A stretch of DNA of 64,000 nucleotides from a bacterium (GTDB taxonomy: Bacteria; Babelota; Babeliae; Babelales; RVW-14), in NCBI GenBank assembly GCA_043822925.1, contig JBDRBF010000002.1:34840-98839 (forward strand), in the 5' to 3' direction. The notes beneath the pieces were generated by a model. It did no database searches. It worked only from the letters and a program-made list of their open reading frames with translations, and was not told where the DNA came from. Shown piece by piece: positions 47,851-57,583 of the stretch; within the stretch, counting starts at the first letter, position 1; the number at the start of each line of letters is the position of its first letter. The position numbers were made by a program, and so were the translations under genes.

Positions 47851-49782
47851 ATGAAGTTGTGTAAGTTTTTTTATTGCGTTTTTGTGATAATGCTTTTTGT
47901 GAGCGTCAATGAGAATTCTTTTGGAATAGTTTCTTCAGGGGTTGAGGTTCAGGATCAAGAAGAAAAACCAGCTCAAATTGATGTTGTTAAAGCTGTATTA
48001 GTTGGAATACAGGCTGATTATAGTGATGTACGCGAAACGTGCTTCAAGAAGCTTGAGTTATTATTTAAAGAAGGGCGAGGGTTTGATGAAGCAAAAGAGG
48101 CGCTTATACTCATGATAAAAGAGAAAAAGCCCGATACAGATAAACTTGAAGCGTTATTAAAAGAATATTTTAAAGAAGAATTTGTAGATGAAGAAGTAGA
48201 TAAAGAAGTGGCTGAGACAAAGCAAGAGACTGCAGGAATGGAAGAACAAGAATCGTCGGAAGCTAAAGAAGACTTGGAAAAAGAAATAGAGGGAGAGAAA
48301 GAGCAACCGGTAGATAAAGAAGAAATTGAGGTCACAGCAAAGATAGATAAAGTGCGTAAGGCGATAGTGGTGGAGCATGGGCAGATAGTAAAAATTAAAA
48401 GAGAAATAGCAAAAAGCAATTCCAAGCGTAGTGAATCAGTAAAAGTTAAAAAAGTAATAAGAAGATTCAGTAAACCAAAGACAAATAAAGAACAGGCAGA
48501 AGAATCAAAAAAACAGCAGGGATTGTTAAATGAGCATCTTGAAGCGTCAAAAAAATTGTGGCTTATTCTTTATGGATTTGTACAAGAAAAACAGGCGATA
48601 ACGATAGACTCGCCTTTATGGATTAAAAAACTTATTTTGTCTGTTTTTCAATTTGTTAATAGACAATCTAAGATCGATGATGAAAATGTGCAGCGGTTTG
48701 TTTGGCCATGTGCTATGAAATTGGCTCGAATATCTTTGTGGCATGATGGATGGACTAATCAGGTGCTGAGTAGAGCTGTAGCGGCTGCGGATCATAAAAA
48801 TGAGGTGGTTCGAGCAAGAGTTTTTGAATTTTTTAAAGTATTAGTTAAAGATGATAAAATAAAAAAAATCGATGAAATTCTTAATTTTTTACCTAAGAGT
48901 ATTCTTGATGAGAATGAAAAAGTTAGAGCTTCTTCTTTAATTATCATAGAGACGCTGCTTAAAAGACAACAGAAAGTTGATCGAATAAAAGCAATTTTTA
49001 ATAAAATAATAAAATCTAAAAAAACTGAATATACAGATCAGTTTGAAGTGTTATTAAAAAAATATTTGCCAGAACAGCTTGTAGACAAAGAAGAAACGCC
49101 AATAAAACAGGAATCTGTTTTATTAGAAAAACAATCAGCTTTTGGTGTTGAGCAGGAGCCGCTTAAAAAAGAGGCAGAAGATCCGGTTGTCACGCCAGAA
49201 CCTGAAGGAAAAGTAGAAATTCAACAAGTATTTAAAGCGATAGGTGTTGAGCTTGATAGGGCAAAAAGGGGCGGAAAGGTTTCTGATTCTGCTGTGTTAA
49301 AAAAGCAGTGGGAAATTCTTTATGCACGTATTCAAAAGAATCAGAGAATAAATGAGATATTTAAAATAGTGCGTGATGGCGTGCGTCATAGTGATAAATT
49401 TATGCAATATTATTCTTGGGGTGCGGCTTGGAAGTTGGTTCTTAGTGACCAGTGGATAGATGAATGGGCTGAGCAATTATTTGGTGCTATTGAAAAATCA
49501 ATACGACATGAAGCTCAGGGGGTGCGAGATCGTGCTTTTTTCTTTATGAAAACCTTGGTTGAAAATAATAAAGTGGAAAACTTTGACGTTCCAATTAAAG
49601 TAGCATTAAAGGGGCTTTTTGATAGCGATGAGAAAGTGCGAGGTGTGGTGTATGAGCTTGTGGAGCAATTATTAAAAAGAAAAAAAGGGCACGCTCAAAT
49701 AACGGCGACATTAAATAGTATTAAAAAAAATAAAAATCTTGATCCAAAAAAACTTGAAGATTTATTGAAGAAATATGCGTGA
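47851..49782 (+). CDS. Secreted HEAT/ARM-repeat-like protein with an internal duplication
   Basis: Signal peptide; recurring D.(N/D)EKVR, VR.R.F.F.K.LV and LE.LLK.Y motifs. Confidence 0.75.
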   Translation: MKLCKFFYCVFVIMLFVSVNENSFGIVSSGVEVQDQEEKPAQIDVVKAVLVGIQADYSDVRETCFKKLELLFKEGRGFDEAKEALILMIKEKKPDTDKLEALLKEYFKEEFVDEEVDKEVAETKQETAGMEEQESSEAKEDLEKEIEGEKEQPVDKEEIEVTAKIDKVRKAIVVEHGQIVKIKREIAKSNSKRSESVKVKKVIRRFSKPKTNKEQAEESKKQQGLLNEHLEASKKLWLILYGFVQEKQAITIDSPLWIKKLILSVFQFVNRQSKIDDENVQRFVWPCAMKLARISLWHDGWTNQVLSRAVAAADHKNEVVRARVFEFFKVLVKDDKIKKIDEILNFLPKSILDENEKVRASSLIIIETLLKRQQKVDRIKAIFNKIIKSKKTEYTDQFEVLLKKYLPEQLVDKEETPIKQESVLLEKQSAFGVEQEPLKKEAEDPVVTPEPEGKVEIQQVFKAIGVELDRAKRGGKVSDSAVLKKQWEILYARIQKNQRINEIFKIVRDGVRHSDKFMQYYSWGAAWKLVLSDQWIDEWAEQLFGAIEKSIRHEAQGVRDRAFFFMKTLVENNKVENFDVPIKVALKGLFDSDEKVRGVVYELVEQLLKRKKGHAQITATLNSIKKNKNLDPKKLEDLLKKYA

Positions 49783-50027
49783 TTTATTATAAAAAAGTGT
49801 GAACCATTAATTTATCAAATTGAGTAGTTCTTACTTAAAAGAGTTGAACGTAAAAAAGAAGTGATTGTTGTAGTAAAAGTACTGGCTGCAGCGAACGCTT
49901 CTTTTTTTTGTTTTGGTTGTGCTTGGTGGGGGGGGAACTTTGTAGTACTAAAAAACGGGTTTTATTGCTACACTCCCCTGAATGTTATGAGTATATTTAA
50001 AAAAAGTGGCAAGAAAGGGGTAGCTCC

Positions 50028-53012
50028 GTGCAGAAAGAGCATAAAGATAAAATACAAAAGAATGCATTATTTTTGATTGATGGGTCTTATTTTTTATATA
50101 GATCTTATTATGCTCTTCCCCCAATGACTACTTCAAGTGGCCGTCCATCGCAAGCTACGTTTTCTTTTTGTCGAACTCTTAATAAATTAATTCATGATTA
50201 TGCGCCCAAACATATCGCTGTTATTTGGGATTCTAAAGGTGGTTCGCATGAGCGTAACGAAGCGTTTCCAGAATATAAAGCGAATCGTCAGGCGCCACCA
50301 AGTGATTTGTTTCAGCAAAAAGACGATATTATCGAATTTGTTAACACAATAGAAATGTGCAATATAGCCCAAGTAGGTTACGAAGGTGACGATTTAATCG
50401 GTTCTATAATTGCGCATCACAGAGGTCAGGTGGTTGTTGTTACTGCTGATAAAGATATGGCGCAATTACTGTCAAAGCATGATCATGAAAAAGTGATTTT
50501 GTTTGATGTATTTAAAGATCGTTTTATTGATGCGGAGCGCTTTGAAAAAGATAATGGTTTTTCACCTGAAAAAGTGACATTTTATTATGCGCTTATTGGT
50601 GATACCTCAGATAATATTCCCGGAGTTACAGGCGTTGGTCCCAAGACGGCGCTTGAGCTGGTTAGTCAATTTGAGTCTCTTGAAGATTTGTATGCCAATC
50701 TTAATAAAGTAGCAAAACCACGTGTGCGCATAGCACTTGAAAAATATAAAGATGATGCTTTTTTAAGTTTGAAATTATTTACGATTGATTATAAAGGGCT
50801 CACGCTCAAGGCTGAGCAGACACAATTTGATGCAAATAATTGGGCAAAAGCTAAAGATTTTTTTGATAAATTTGAGTTTAAATCGTTACAGTCAGATATG
50901 AAAAAACGGTTTCCAGAATTGTATGAAGGGGTTTCTGATTCGACCCTTCGATGCTTCGACCCTACTACGCCCGAGTGGCTTCGAAGGGCAGGCAAGCTCA
51001 GCATGAGCGCCACTCAGGGGAAGCACCCGTCTTTATCTTCGTCGGGCTCGCAGCAAAATTTATTTGGTCAGACAAATATTTTTGGACAAGTTTCAGGCAA
51101 TATTGTAGAACATGCGCATAAAATAGATCAGATACAGGTTCATGCACAAGCACATGAAAAAACAGTGCATGAAAAAAAATGGACCTGTACGCTTGTTACA
51201 ACGCAAGAAGTTTTGCGTGATTTAATTAAACAAATTCGCGATGCTGGTTTTTGTGCGCTTGATACAGAAACAACCGGTTTTTACCCATTACAGGATGACA
51301 TGGTTGGGATGTCTTTTGCTGTTAATTCAAAAGAAGCTTTTTATATACCGTTTAAACATGCATCTAGTCAAGAAAATCAGGTGCATGTTCAGTTGGATCG
51401 AGCGAGTGTGCTGGAAGAATTACGGCCAATTCTTGAATCGAGTAAAATTAAAAAAATATTACATAGTGTGAAGTTTGATGAGTTGGTTCTTTGGAATCAG
51501 GGCATAGCGCTTGCCGGTGTTGAATTTGATACGATTATTGCTGCGTGTTTGCTCAGAAAAGAGTGGGACAAGATAAATCTAAAAGATTTATCGATGCAGT
51601 ATTTGCATGAATCTATGTTGAAATTTAAAGATGTATTGGGAAATAAAAAAGATTTTTCACAGGTTCCGTTAGAAGATGCAGCACAATATGGTGCGCATGA
51701 TGCCCTACAAACATTAAAATTAAAACTGGTATTAGAAAAGTTGCTAGAAAAAGAACCGGTTCTGGAAAAGCTTTTCAGAACAATAGAGATGCCGTTAAGT
51801 GCTGTTTTAGTTAGTATGGAAAAACGTGGCATAGAGCTTGATCCAGAAGTATTAAAAACAATAGATACGACTATTTCGCGTAAAATAAAAATGCTTGAAG
51901 AAAAAATCTTTGCTGCATTGCCTGAAAAATTTCAAAAAATAGATGGTGACGATTTAAATTTAAATTCACCTAAGCAGATTGAAACGTTGTTGTTTGATTA
52001 TTTAGAGTTGCCACAGCAAAGAAAAAGTAAGACGGGGTCTCGTTCGACAGATAAAGATGTGCTTGATGAGTTAAGTAAAATTCATCCGATTCCTGCGCTT
52101 ATTTTAACGCTTCGAGAGTTAACGAAATTAAAGACGACGTATCTTGAGCCGCTTCCCGGGTTTATAAATCCCAAGACGGGGCGCATACATACGAGTTACA
52201 GTCAAACGATGACGGCGACCGGGCGTTTATCAAGTTCTAATCCAAATTTGCAGAATATACCGGCTTCAGTTGACCATGGGATACAAATTAGGTCTGCGTT
52301 TATAGCGCCCCGTGGATATACGTTCTTGTCTGCCGATTATTCCCAAATTGAGTTACGGGTGCTTGCGCATATGAGTGGTGATAAGAATTTGATACAAACG
52401 TTTATTGATGGCAAAGATATTCACTCGAGTACTGCTGCGCAGTTATTTGATGTTGAGCTTGATAAAGTAACGAATGATCAACGAAAGATTGGCAAGCGTA
52501 TTAATTTTAGTATCATATACGGGCTGACGCCATATGGGCTTGCTCAAGAATTAGATATTAAGCCAGGCCAAGCTAAAGAGTATATAGATAAGTATTTTGC
52601 ACAGTATCCAGAAGTTGCTGGTTGGATGGCTCAAGCGGTCTTAGAGGCAGCGCAAAAGGGCTATGTAGAGAGTCTGTGGGGCCGTAGGCGTTGGGTGCCG
52701 CAATTACAAGAAAAGAATAGAACGTTAGCCGAACTGGGCAAAAGAATAGCGGTTAATAGTCCAATCCAGTCAACGCAGGCTGATATTATAAAAATAGCTA
52801 TGATTAATATACAAACGCTCTTTGAAAAGAAAAAGCTAGAAACAGGTTTAATCCTGCAAATACATGATGAACTCGTATTTGAGGTGCTGAATAAAGAGAT
52901 GGATATTGTGAAGAAAATAGTAAAAGAAGAAATGGAAAATGTTGTGCATTGGAAGGTCCCTATTATCGTCAATTTGCAAGAGGGTAAAAATTGGGGGGAG
53001 ATAACAAAATAA
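50028..53012 (+). CDS. polA: DNA polymerase I with a repeat-derived insertion in the interdomain linker
   Basis: LIDGS, GD.SDNIPGV, DTETTG, TATGRLSS, DYSQIELR and LQIHDEL motifs. Confidence 0.98.
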   Translation: MQKEHKDKIQKNALFLIDGSYFLYRSYYALPPMTTSSGRPSQATFSFCRTLNKLIHDYAPKHIAVIWDSKGGSHERNEAFPEYKANRQAPPSDLFQQKDDIIEFVNTIEMCNIAQVGYEGDDLIGSIIAHHRGQVVVVTADKDMAQLLSKHDHEKVILFDVFKDRFIDAERFEKDNGFSPEKVTFYYALIGDTSDNIPGVTGVGPKTALELVSQFESLEDLYANLNKVAKPRVRIALEKYKDDAFLSLKLFTIDYKGLTLKAEQTQFDANNWAKAKDFFDKFEFKSLQSDMKKRFPELYEGVSDSTLRCFDPTTPEWLRRAGKLSMSATQGKHPSLSSSGSQQNLFGQTNIFGQVSGNIVEHAHKIDQIQVHAQAHEKTVHEKKWTCTLVTTQEVLRDLIKQIRDAGFCALDTETTGFYPLQDDMVGMSFAVNSKEAFYIPFKHASSQENQVHVQLDRASVLEELRPILESSKIKKILHSVKFDELVLWNQGIALAGVEFDTIIAACLLRKEWDKINLKDLSMQYLHESMLKFKDVLGNKKDFSQVPLEDAAQYGAHDALQTLKLKLVLEKLLEKEPVLEKLFRTIEMPLSAVLVSMEKRGIELDPEVLKTIDTTISRKIKMLEEKIFAALPEKFQKIDGDDLNLNSPKQIETLLFDYLELPQQRKSKTGSRSTDKDVLDELSKIHPIPALILTLRELTKLKTTYLEPLPGFINPKTGRIHTSYSQTMTATGRLSSSNPNLQNIPASVDHGIQIRSAFIAPRGYTFLSADYSQIELRVLAHMSGDKNLIQTFIDGKDIHSSTAAQLFDVELDKVTNDQRKIGKRINFSIIYGLTPYGLAQELDIKPGQAKEYIDKYFAQYPEVAGWMAQAVLEAAQKGYVESLWGRRRWVPQLQEKNRTLAELGKRIAVNSPIQSTQADIIKIAMINIQTLFEKKKLETGLILQIHDELVFEVLNKEMDIVKKIVKEEMENVVHWKVPIIVNLQEGKNWGEITK
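50944..51024 (+). repeat. Triple-nested C[C[B]] repeat in frame within polA
   Basis: cccttcga-[tgcttcga-[ccctactacgcccgagtggcttcgaagggcagg]-caagctcagcatgagcgc]-cactcaggggaagc. Confidence 0.9.
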
Positions 53013-53181
53013 TTTTGACTTTTAAAGAAAAAAGAAGCACAATTAACCGGTAAGCCTGCGTTACGTAGGCCTTTAAGAATAAGATAAATGAGTTTTCAAA
53101 TAGAATTTTCCATATTATAGAGTTTCGGTAAGAAGAATAAGATACATTCTTTAAGATTTTTTACATACAAAGGATTGTACG

Positions 53182-53451
53182 ATGGCAACGAGTAAAACTG
53201 GTGGGTCTACGTGTAATAACCGTGAGAGTCATAGTAAGCGGTTGGGCCCCAAGAGATTTGATGGTCAAATTGTTTTGTCAGGAAATATTTTAGTTCGTCA
53301 GCGCGGAACAAAGTTTAATGCAGGCGAAGGCGTAATGCGTGGTAAAGACGATACTCTTTTTGCTGTAAGAGATGGATCTGTTAAGTATTATGTTGGTTAT
53401 AGAGGCAGAAAGTTCGTTAAAGTTCTTCCTATTGAACAATTAGAGGGTTAA
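53182..53451 (+). CDS. rpmA: 50S ribosomal protein L27
   Basis: [21 protein letters not shown] and GKDDTLFA motifs. Confidence 0.97.
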   Translation: MATSKTGGSTCNNRESHSKRLGPKRFDGQIVLSGNILVRQRGTKFNAGEGVMRGKDDTLFAVRDGSVKYYVGYRGRKFVKVLPIEQLEG

Positions 53452-53501
53452 AGAAGTCCGTATAATATTAAAATTTCTTTATTTCTTTTGGTGGAGTAGC
53501 A

Positions 53502-54431
53502 ATGCAGGTTTCATCAGGGTCTCTTAAGTACCGTATTGATTTTTTGAAGTATCGATATGTAATGTTGGTGTTCTCGCTTTTGCTTTTAGGTGTCGGAGTC
53601 GTCGGATACTTTATTAAAGGCGGTTTTGTTTATGATATCTCGTTTACTGGTGGCGCTGAAATACGGGCTGTTTTTGAAAAGCCAGTAGATGTTGCTCAGT
53701 TGCGTGGCATCATGGATAAAATGGGTTGGAAGAACGCTCGCATACAAGAGGTGGGCAAGCTTAAGAACGAAGTTTTAGTGATTGTTGGCAATGAGCATAT
53801 TGAAAATTTAGAGCAAAATTTTAAAGCAGCTATTGTCTCAGCAATGCCTGGTAACAAAATTGACATTAAGGGAATCCAAGTTGTCGGTGGAGAAGTTGGT
53901 GACGAGACTAAGTGGAATGCGGCTAAAGCAATATTCCTCTCGTTAATTCTTATTCTGTTATATATTGCTCTTCGTTCTGAATTTAGATTTGGTGTTGGGA
54001 CTGTTTTATCACTTGTTCACGATTTGTTGTTTATTTTGATGTTTTTGATTCTTTCTGGTCAGGCAGTTTCGATCCACGTGCTTGCAGCAGTTTTGGCTGT
54101 TATTGGGTATTCGCTTAATGATACTATTATTATTTTTAGTAGAATTATTGAAAATTTTAAAAAGTATCGTGGTCATTCTGAGTACGATATAATAAATTTT
54201 AGTATTAATCAGACATTAAAAAGAACAATATTAACAAGCGTTACAACGTTTTTTGCAATTTCGTCAATCATGCTTTTAGGTGGCGAAATATTACGTGGGT
54301 TTGCCATGATAATGGGCCTTGGCGTGGTTGTTGGGACTTATTCATCTGTTTATATTGCAACAGCTGCAATGTTTTCAATTGGTGGCAAGAAAGTAAAAGC
54401 TGAAGATGCTTTGCCGTTAACGTCAAATTAA
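53502..54431 (+). CDS. secF: Protein translocase subunit SecF
   Basis: FTGG, LVHD, IGYSLNDTII, SINQTL.RTI.TS and GTYSS motifs. Confidence 0.95.
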   Translation: MQVSSGSLKYRIDFLKYRYVMLVFSLLLLGVGVVGYFIKGGFVYDISFTGGAEIRAVFEKPVDVAQLRGIMDKMGWKNARIQEVGKLKNEVLVIVGNEHIENLEQNFKAAIVSAMPGNKIDIKGIQVVGGEVGDETKWNAAKAIFLSLILILLYIALRSEFRFGVGTVLSLVHDLLFILMFLILSGQAVSIHVLAAVLAVIGYSLNDTIIIFSRIIENFKKYRGHSEYDIINFSINQTLKRTILTSVTTFFAISSIMLLGGEILRGFAMIMGLGVVVGTYSSVYIATAAMFSIGGKKVKAEDALPLTSN

Positions 54432-54453
54432 CGTTACTAATGAATGAGGCTTG

Positions 54454-54486
54454 GTCCTCCTGTGCTACAGCGTAGCTTTGGAGGAC
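54454..54486 (+). repeat. Family-B-like palindrome after secF
   Basis: gtcctcctgtgctacagcgtagctttggaggac resembles 56306-56338. Confidence 0.5.
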
Positions 54487-54711
54487 GCCAAGCAGGACAA
54501 TTTTTTTTAATAGTTATTCTTCGTGTTTTTTACAAAGCAGTTCATCTGGTTTTATCAGGTATTAATAAGTCATTCTCTTAAGCCATGGTTGTCTTGGGAG
54601 AATCGGCTAGTCAAAGTATCTTATTAATTGTTGTATGGTATTGGTCGTGGCTTGTCAAAAGCGCTACAGATCATGGTTGTTTAATCTTTATTTTAAAATA
54701 CGTTGTGGTTT

Positions 54712-56274
54712 ATGGTTAAAAAGAGAGACGAAATTGGCGACAGAAAGAATGGTAATATTGAAAAAGATATTAACCAAAATCATGGTGAGAACAATCAGGT
54801 TGAAAAAGATATCTCTCAGGGTATTGAGCGTGGAAATAAGTTGAAAGACGCGCAAAAGACTCTTCCAGTAGATGAAGTAAAGCATGCAGAAGATGATGTC
54901 GCGGGAGTATTTACGTCTTCTAATTCTAATTCTGATGAAAATGAGCGCGATGCAAAGAAGAAAAACAAAGTGAATAAATTAATCAAAGACACTTCTTCGG
55001 AATCAACTGTTATTCAATCTATGAATGTTCGAGATCTTAAAGAAATGAATATTATTCAACTGATGGCATATGCGCAACAAGTTGGAATAACAGATGTTAG
55101 CTCTTTAAAAAAACAAGAAATTATTTTTAGAATTTTAGAACAGCAATCAGAAAAGAAAATAGAAATTTTTGGTGAAGGTATTCTTGAGCGCCTTCCTGAT
55201 GGGTTTGGTTTTTTACGTTCTCCTCGGTTTAACTATGTTCCTGGACCAGATGATATTTACGTTTCTCCTATGCATATTAAACGCTTAGGTCTTAGAACTG
55301 GCGATGTCATTAAGGGAACAATACGTAGGCCACGTGAAGGCGAAAAATATTTTGCTTTACAGCGTGTTGAAAATATAAATTTTCAGGCGCCATCGGCTCT
55401 TGGATCTAAAACAGTTTTTGAAAATTTAACACCTTTGTTTCCCACTGAAAAGTTTAACCTAGAAGGTGATCCAACTGTTATATCGACTAGGATTTTGGAT
55501 ATTCTTGTTCCAATTGGTAAGGGTCAACGTGGTCTTATTGTTGCTCCGCCAAGAACGGGTAAAACAGCGCTTCTTAAAGAAATTGCAAATACTATTATCA
55601 AGAATCATCCAGAAGCGATCATGATTATTTTGTTGATTGACGAGCGTCCAGAAGAAGTAACAGATATGTTACGCTCTGTAAATGCTGAAGTTATTAGTTC
55701 AACATTTGATGAATATGCTACTCGCCATGTTCAGGTTGCTGAAATGGTTATCGAAAAAGCAAAGCGTCTTGTTGAATGTGGTCATGATGTTATTATTCTG
55801 TTAGATTCTTTGACTCGTCTTGCGCGTGCATATAATACACTTGCTCCGTCATCAGGAAAAGTTTTGACTGGTGGTATAGATGCAAATGCGCTTCATCGCC
55901 CAAAACGTTTTTTTGGTGCAGCCAGAAATGTTGAAGAAGGTGGATCTTTAACGATCATCGCAACAGCACTTGTTGAAACCGGGTCACGTATGGATGAAGT
56001 TATCTTTGAAGAATTTAAAGGTACCGGTAACATGGAAGTGCATTTAACAAGAAAACTTTCCAATAAACGTATATTCCCTGCATTTGATGTTCAAGCTTCA
56101 GGGACTCGCCGTGAAGATCTCATGTTAAATAAAGATCAACTTAAAAACATGTGGGTTCTGCAAAAGTTTGTTGCAACCATGAATACGGTCGAAGGACTTG
56201 AATTTTTGATCGATAAAATGCGCAAGACAAAGACAAATGAAGAATTTTGGGATCTTATGTTGAAGAAGAAATAA
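54712..56274 (+). CDS. rho: Transcription termination factor Rho with an N-terminal extension
   Basis: GFGFLR, DIYVS, GKGQR..IVAPP.TGKT and DERPEEVTD motifs; start uncertain (54703 or 54712). Confidence 0.97.
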   Translation: MVKKRDEIGDRKNGNIEKDINQNHGENNQVEKDISQGIERGNKLKDAQKTLPVDEVKHAEDDVAGVFTSSNSNSDENERDAKKKNKVNKLIKDTSSESTVIQSMNVRDLKEMNIIQLMAYAQQVGITDVSSLKKQEIIFRILEQQSEKKIEIFGEGILERLPDGFGFLRSPRFNYVPGPDDIYVSPMHIKRLGLRTGDVIKGTIRRPREGEKYFALQRVENINFQAPSALGSKTVFENLTPLFPTEKFNLEGDPTVISTRILDILVPIGKGQRGLIVAPPRTGKTALLKEIANTIIKNHPEAIMIILLIDERPEEVTDMLRSVNAEVISSTFDEYATRHVQVAEMVIEKAKRLVECGHDVIILLDSLTRLARAYNTLAPSSGKVLTGGIDANALHRPKRFFGAARNVEEGGSLTIIATALVETGSRMDEVIFEEFKGTGNMEVHLTRKLSNKRIFPAFDVQASGTRREDLMLNKDQLKNMWVLQKFVATMNTVEGLEFLIDKMRKTKTNEEFWDLMLKKK

Positions 56275-56366
56275 CCCTTCGATCCTCCTATGCCCTACGT
56301 GGCTTCCCCCTACGCCTTACGAGGCTACGGAGGACAGGTCGAAGGGCAGGCAAATCAGGGTGAGCG
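56275..56366 (+). repeat. Triple-nested C[B[B]] repeat filling the rho-tsaD spacer
   Basis: cccttcgat-[cctcctatgccctacgtggctt-[ccccctacgccttacgaggctacggaggacagg]-tcgaagggcagg]-caaatcagggtgagcg. Confidence 0.9.
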
Positions 56367-56370
56367 TTAT

Positions 56371-57417
56371 ATGTCGTTAATTTTAGGAATAGAAACATCT
56401 TGTGATGAGACAGGTGCTGCGGTTTTTGATACAAAAGCAAAACGCATCTTGTCTCATTCTGTCTATTCTCAAATCGAATTACATAGCAAATATGGCGGTG
56501 TTGTTCCTGAGATAGCGTCTCGTTCTCAACTCGAAAAAATCGATACTATTGTTACTTGTGCGCTGGAGCAAGCTCACATAACTCTTGATAATCTTGATGT
56601 TGTCGCTGTTACCCATACTCCTGGTTTGGCCGGAGCGCTGCTTATTGGAACATGTTTTGGTAAAGCGCTTGCTTGGAGTAATCAAAAAAAACTTATTGGT
56701 GTTAATCATCTTGAGGGGCATATATTTTCGCCTTTTTTAGACCATGATGGTTCTGTGCGTCAAGATGTGCCGTTTCCCCATTTAAATTTGCTCGCTTCAG
56801 GTGGTCATACTGCGTTATATTTGGTTGAAGATTTTGGTAAATATACGTTGCTTGTTCAAACGCTTGATGATGCCGCGGGCGAAGCTTTTGACAAAATCGC
56901 TAAAATTATTGGGTTTGATTATCCTGGTGGTGCAAAGATTGAACAGTGTGCTGCACAGGTTAATTTTCAAGATTTTTTTAAATATTCTAGAACAAAAAAT
57001 AAAAACCAAGAGCTTATGTTTAGTTTTTCCGGTATTAAAACAGCTGCTTTGTATAGTCTTGTTAATGCTGGAGTATATGATTTGCATACTGGTCTGGTTC
57101 CAGGCAAATTGACGTCAGAAATTCAGCAACAAGTTTCCAGTTCTTTGCTTGTTTGTGTTGCAGATGTTCTTGAGAAAAATATAGCGCTTGCTTTTAAGAA
57201 GTACCCACAAGTTAAAGCGTTTACATTTGGCGGTGGCGTTGCGTGTAATAAATATTTGGTGAATCGTTTTACACAATTAGCTCAAAAGACAGATAAAAAA
57301 TTCTTTTCTCCTCCTGCAAAATTTTGTGGCGACAATGGTGCTATGATTGCGTTTGTTGGTGGTTACCGGGCCGAATTCGGTCAATATTCTGATTTTTTTC
57401 TCGACGTATCTTGTTAA
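56371..57417 (+). CDS. tsaD: tRNA N6-threonylcarbamoyltransferase TsaD
   Basis: ILGIETSCDET, GGVVPE.ASR, H.EGH, SGGHT, DDAAGEAFDK and DNGAMI motifs. The 27 extra N-terminal residues in the ORF track are repeat-derived. Confidence 0.96.
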   Translation: MSLILGIETSCDETGAAVFDTKAKRILSHSVYSQIELHSKYGGVVPEIASRSQLEKIDTIVTCALEQAHITLDNLDVVAVTHTPGLAGALLIGTCFGKALAWSNQKKLIGVNHLEGHIFSPFLDHDGSVRQDVPFPHLNLLASGGHTALYLVEDFGKYTLLVQTLDDAAGEAFDKIAKIIGFDYPGGAKIEQCAAQVNFQDFFKYSRTKNKNQELMFSFSGIKTAALYSLVNAGVYDLHTGLVPGKLTSEIQQQVSSSLLVCVADVLEKNIALAFKKYPQVKAFTFGGGVACNKYLVNRFTQLAQKTDKKFFSPPAKFCGDNGAMIAFVGGYRAEFGQYSDFFLDVSC

Positions 57418-57426
57418 TTTCACAAT

Positions 57427-57459
57427 TTGTCATCCTGAACTTGTTTTAGGATCCAAGTC
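57427..57459 (+). repeat. Family-A palindrome variant
   Basis: ttgtcatcctgaacttgttttaggatccaagtc. Confidence 0.8.
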
Positions 57460-57583
57460 TTTAATTTTTATCAAATAGATGTTTTTTTCTAGTTAACAAT
57501 TTCACTAAATCTGTTACGTTGAATTTGTGCCGTATGTAGTAAGCGGTAGATTTTTTTCTTCACATAACAGAAGGAGAGTTGTG

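Noticed and set aside
56290-56370. N-terminal extension of TsaD in the ORF track
   Set aside because: Entirely repeat-derived; family homology starts at MSLILGIETSCD (56371).
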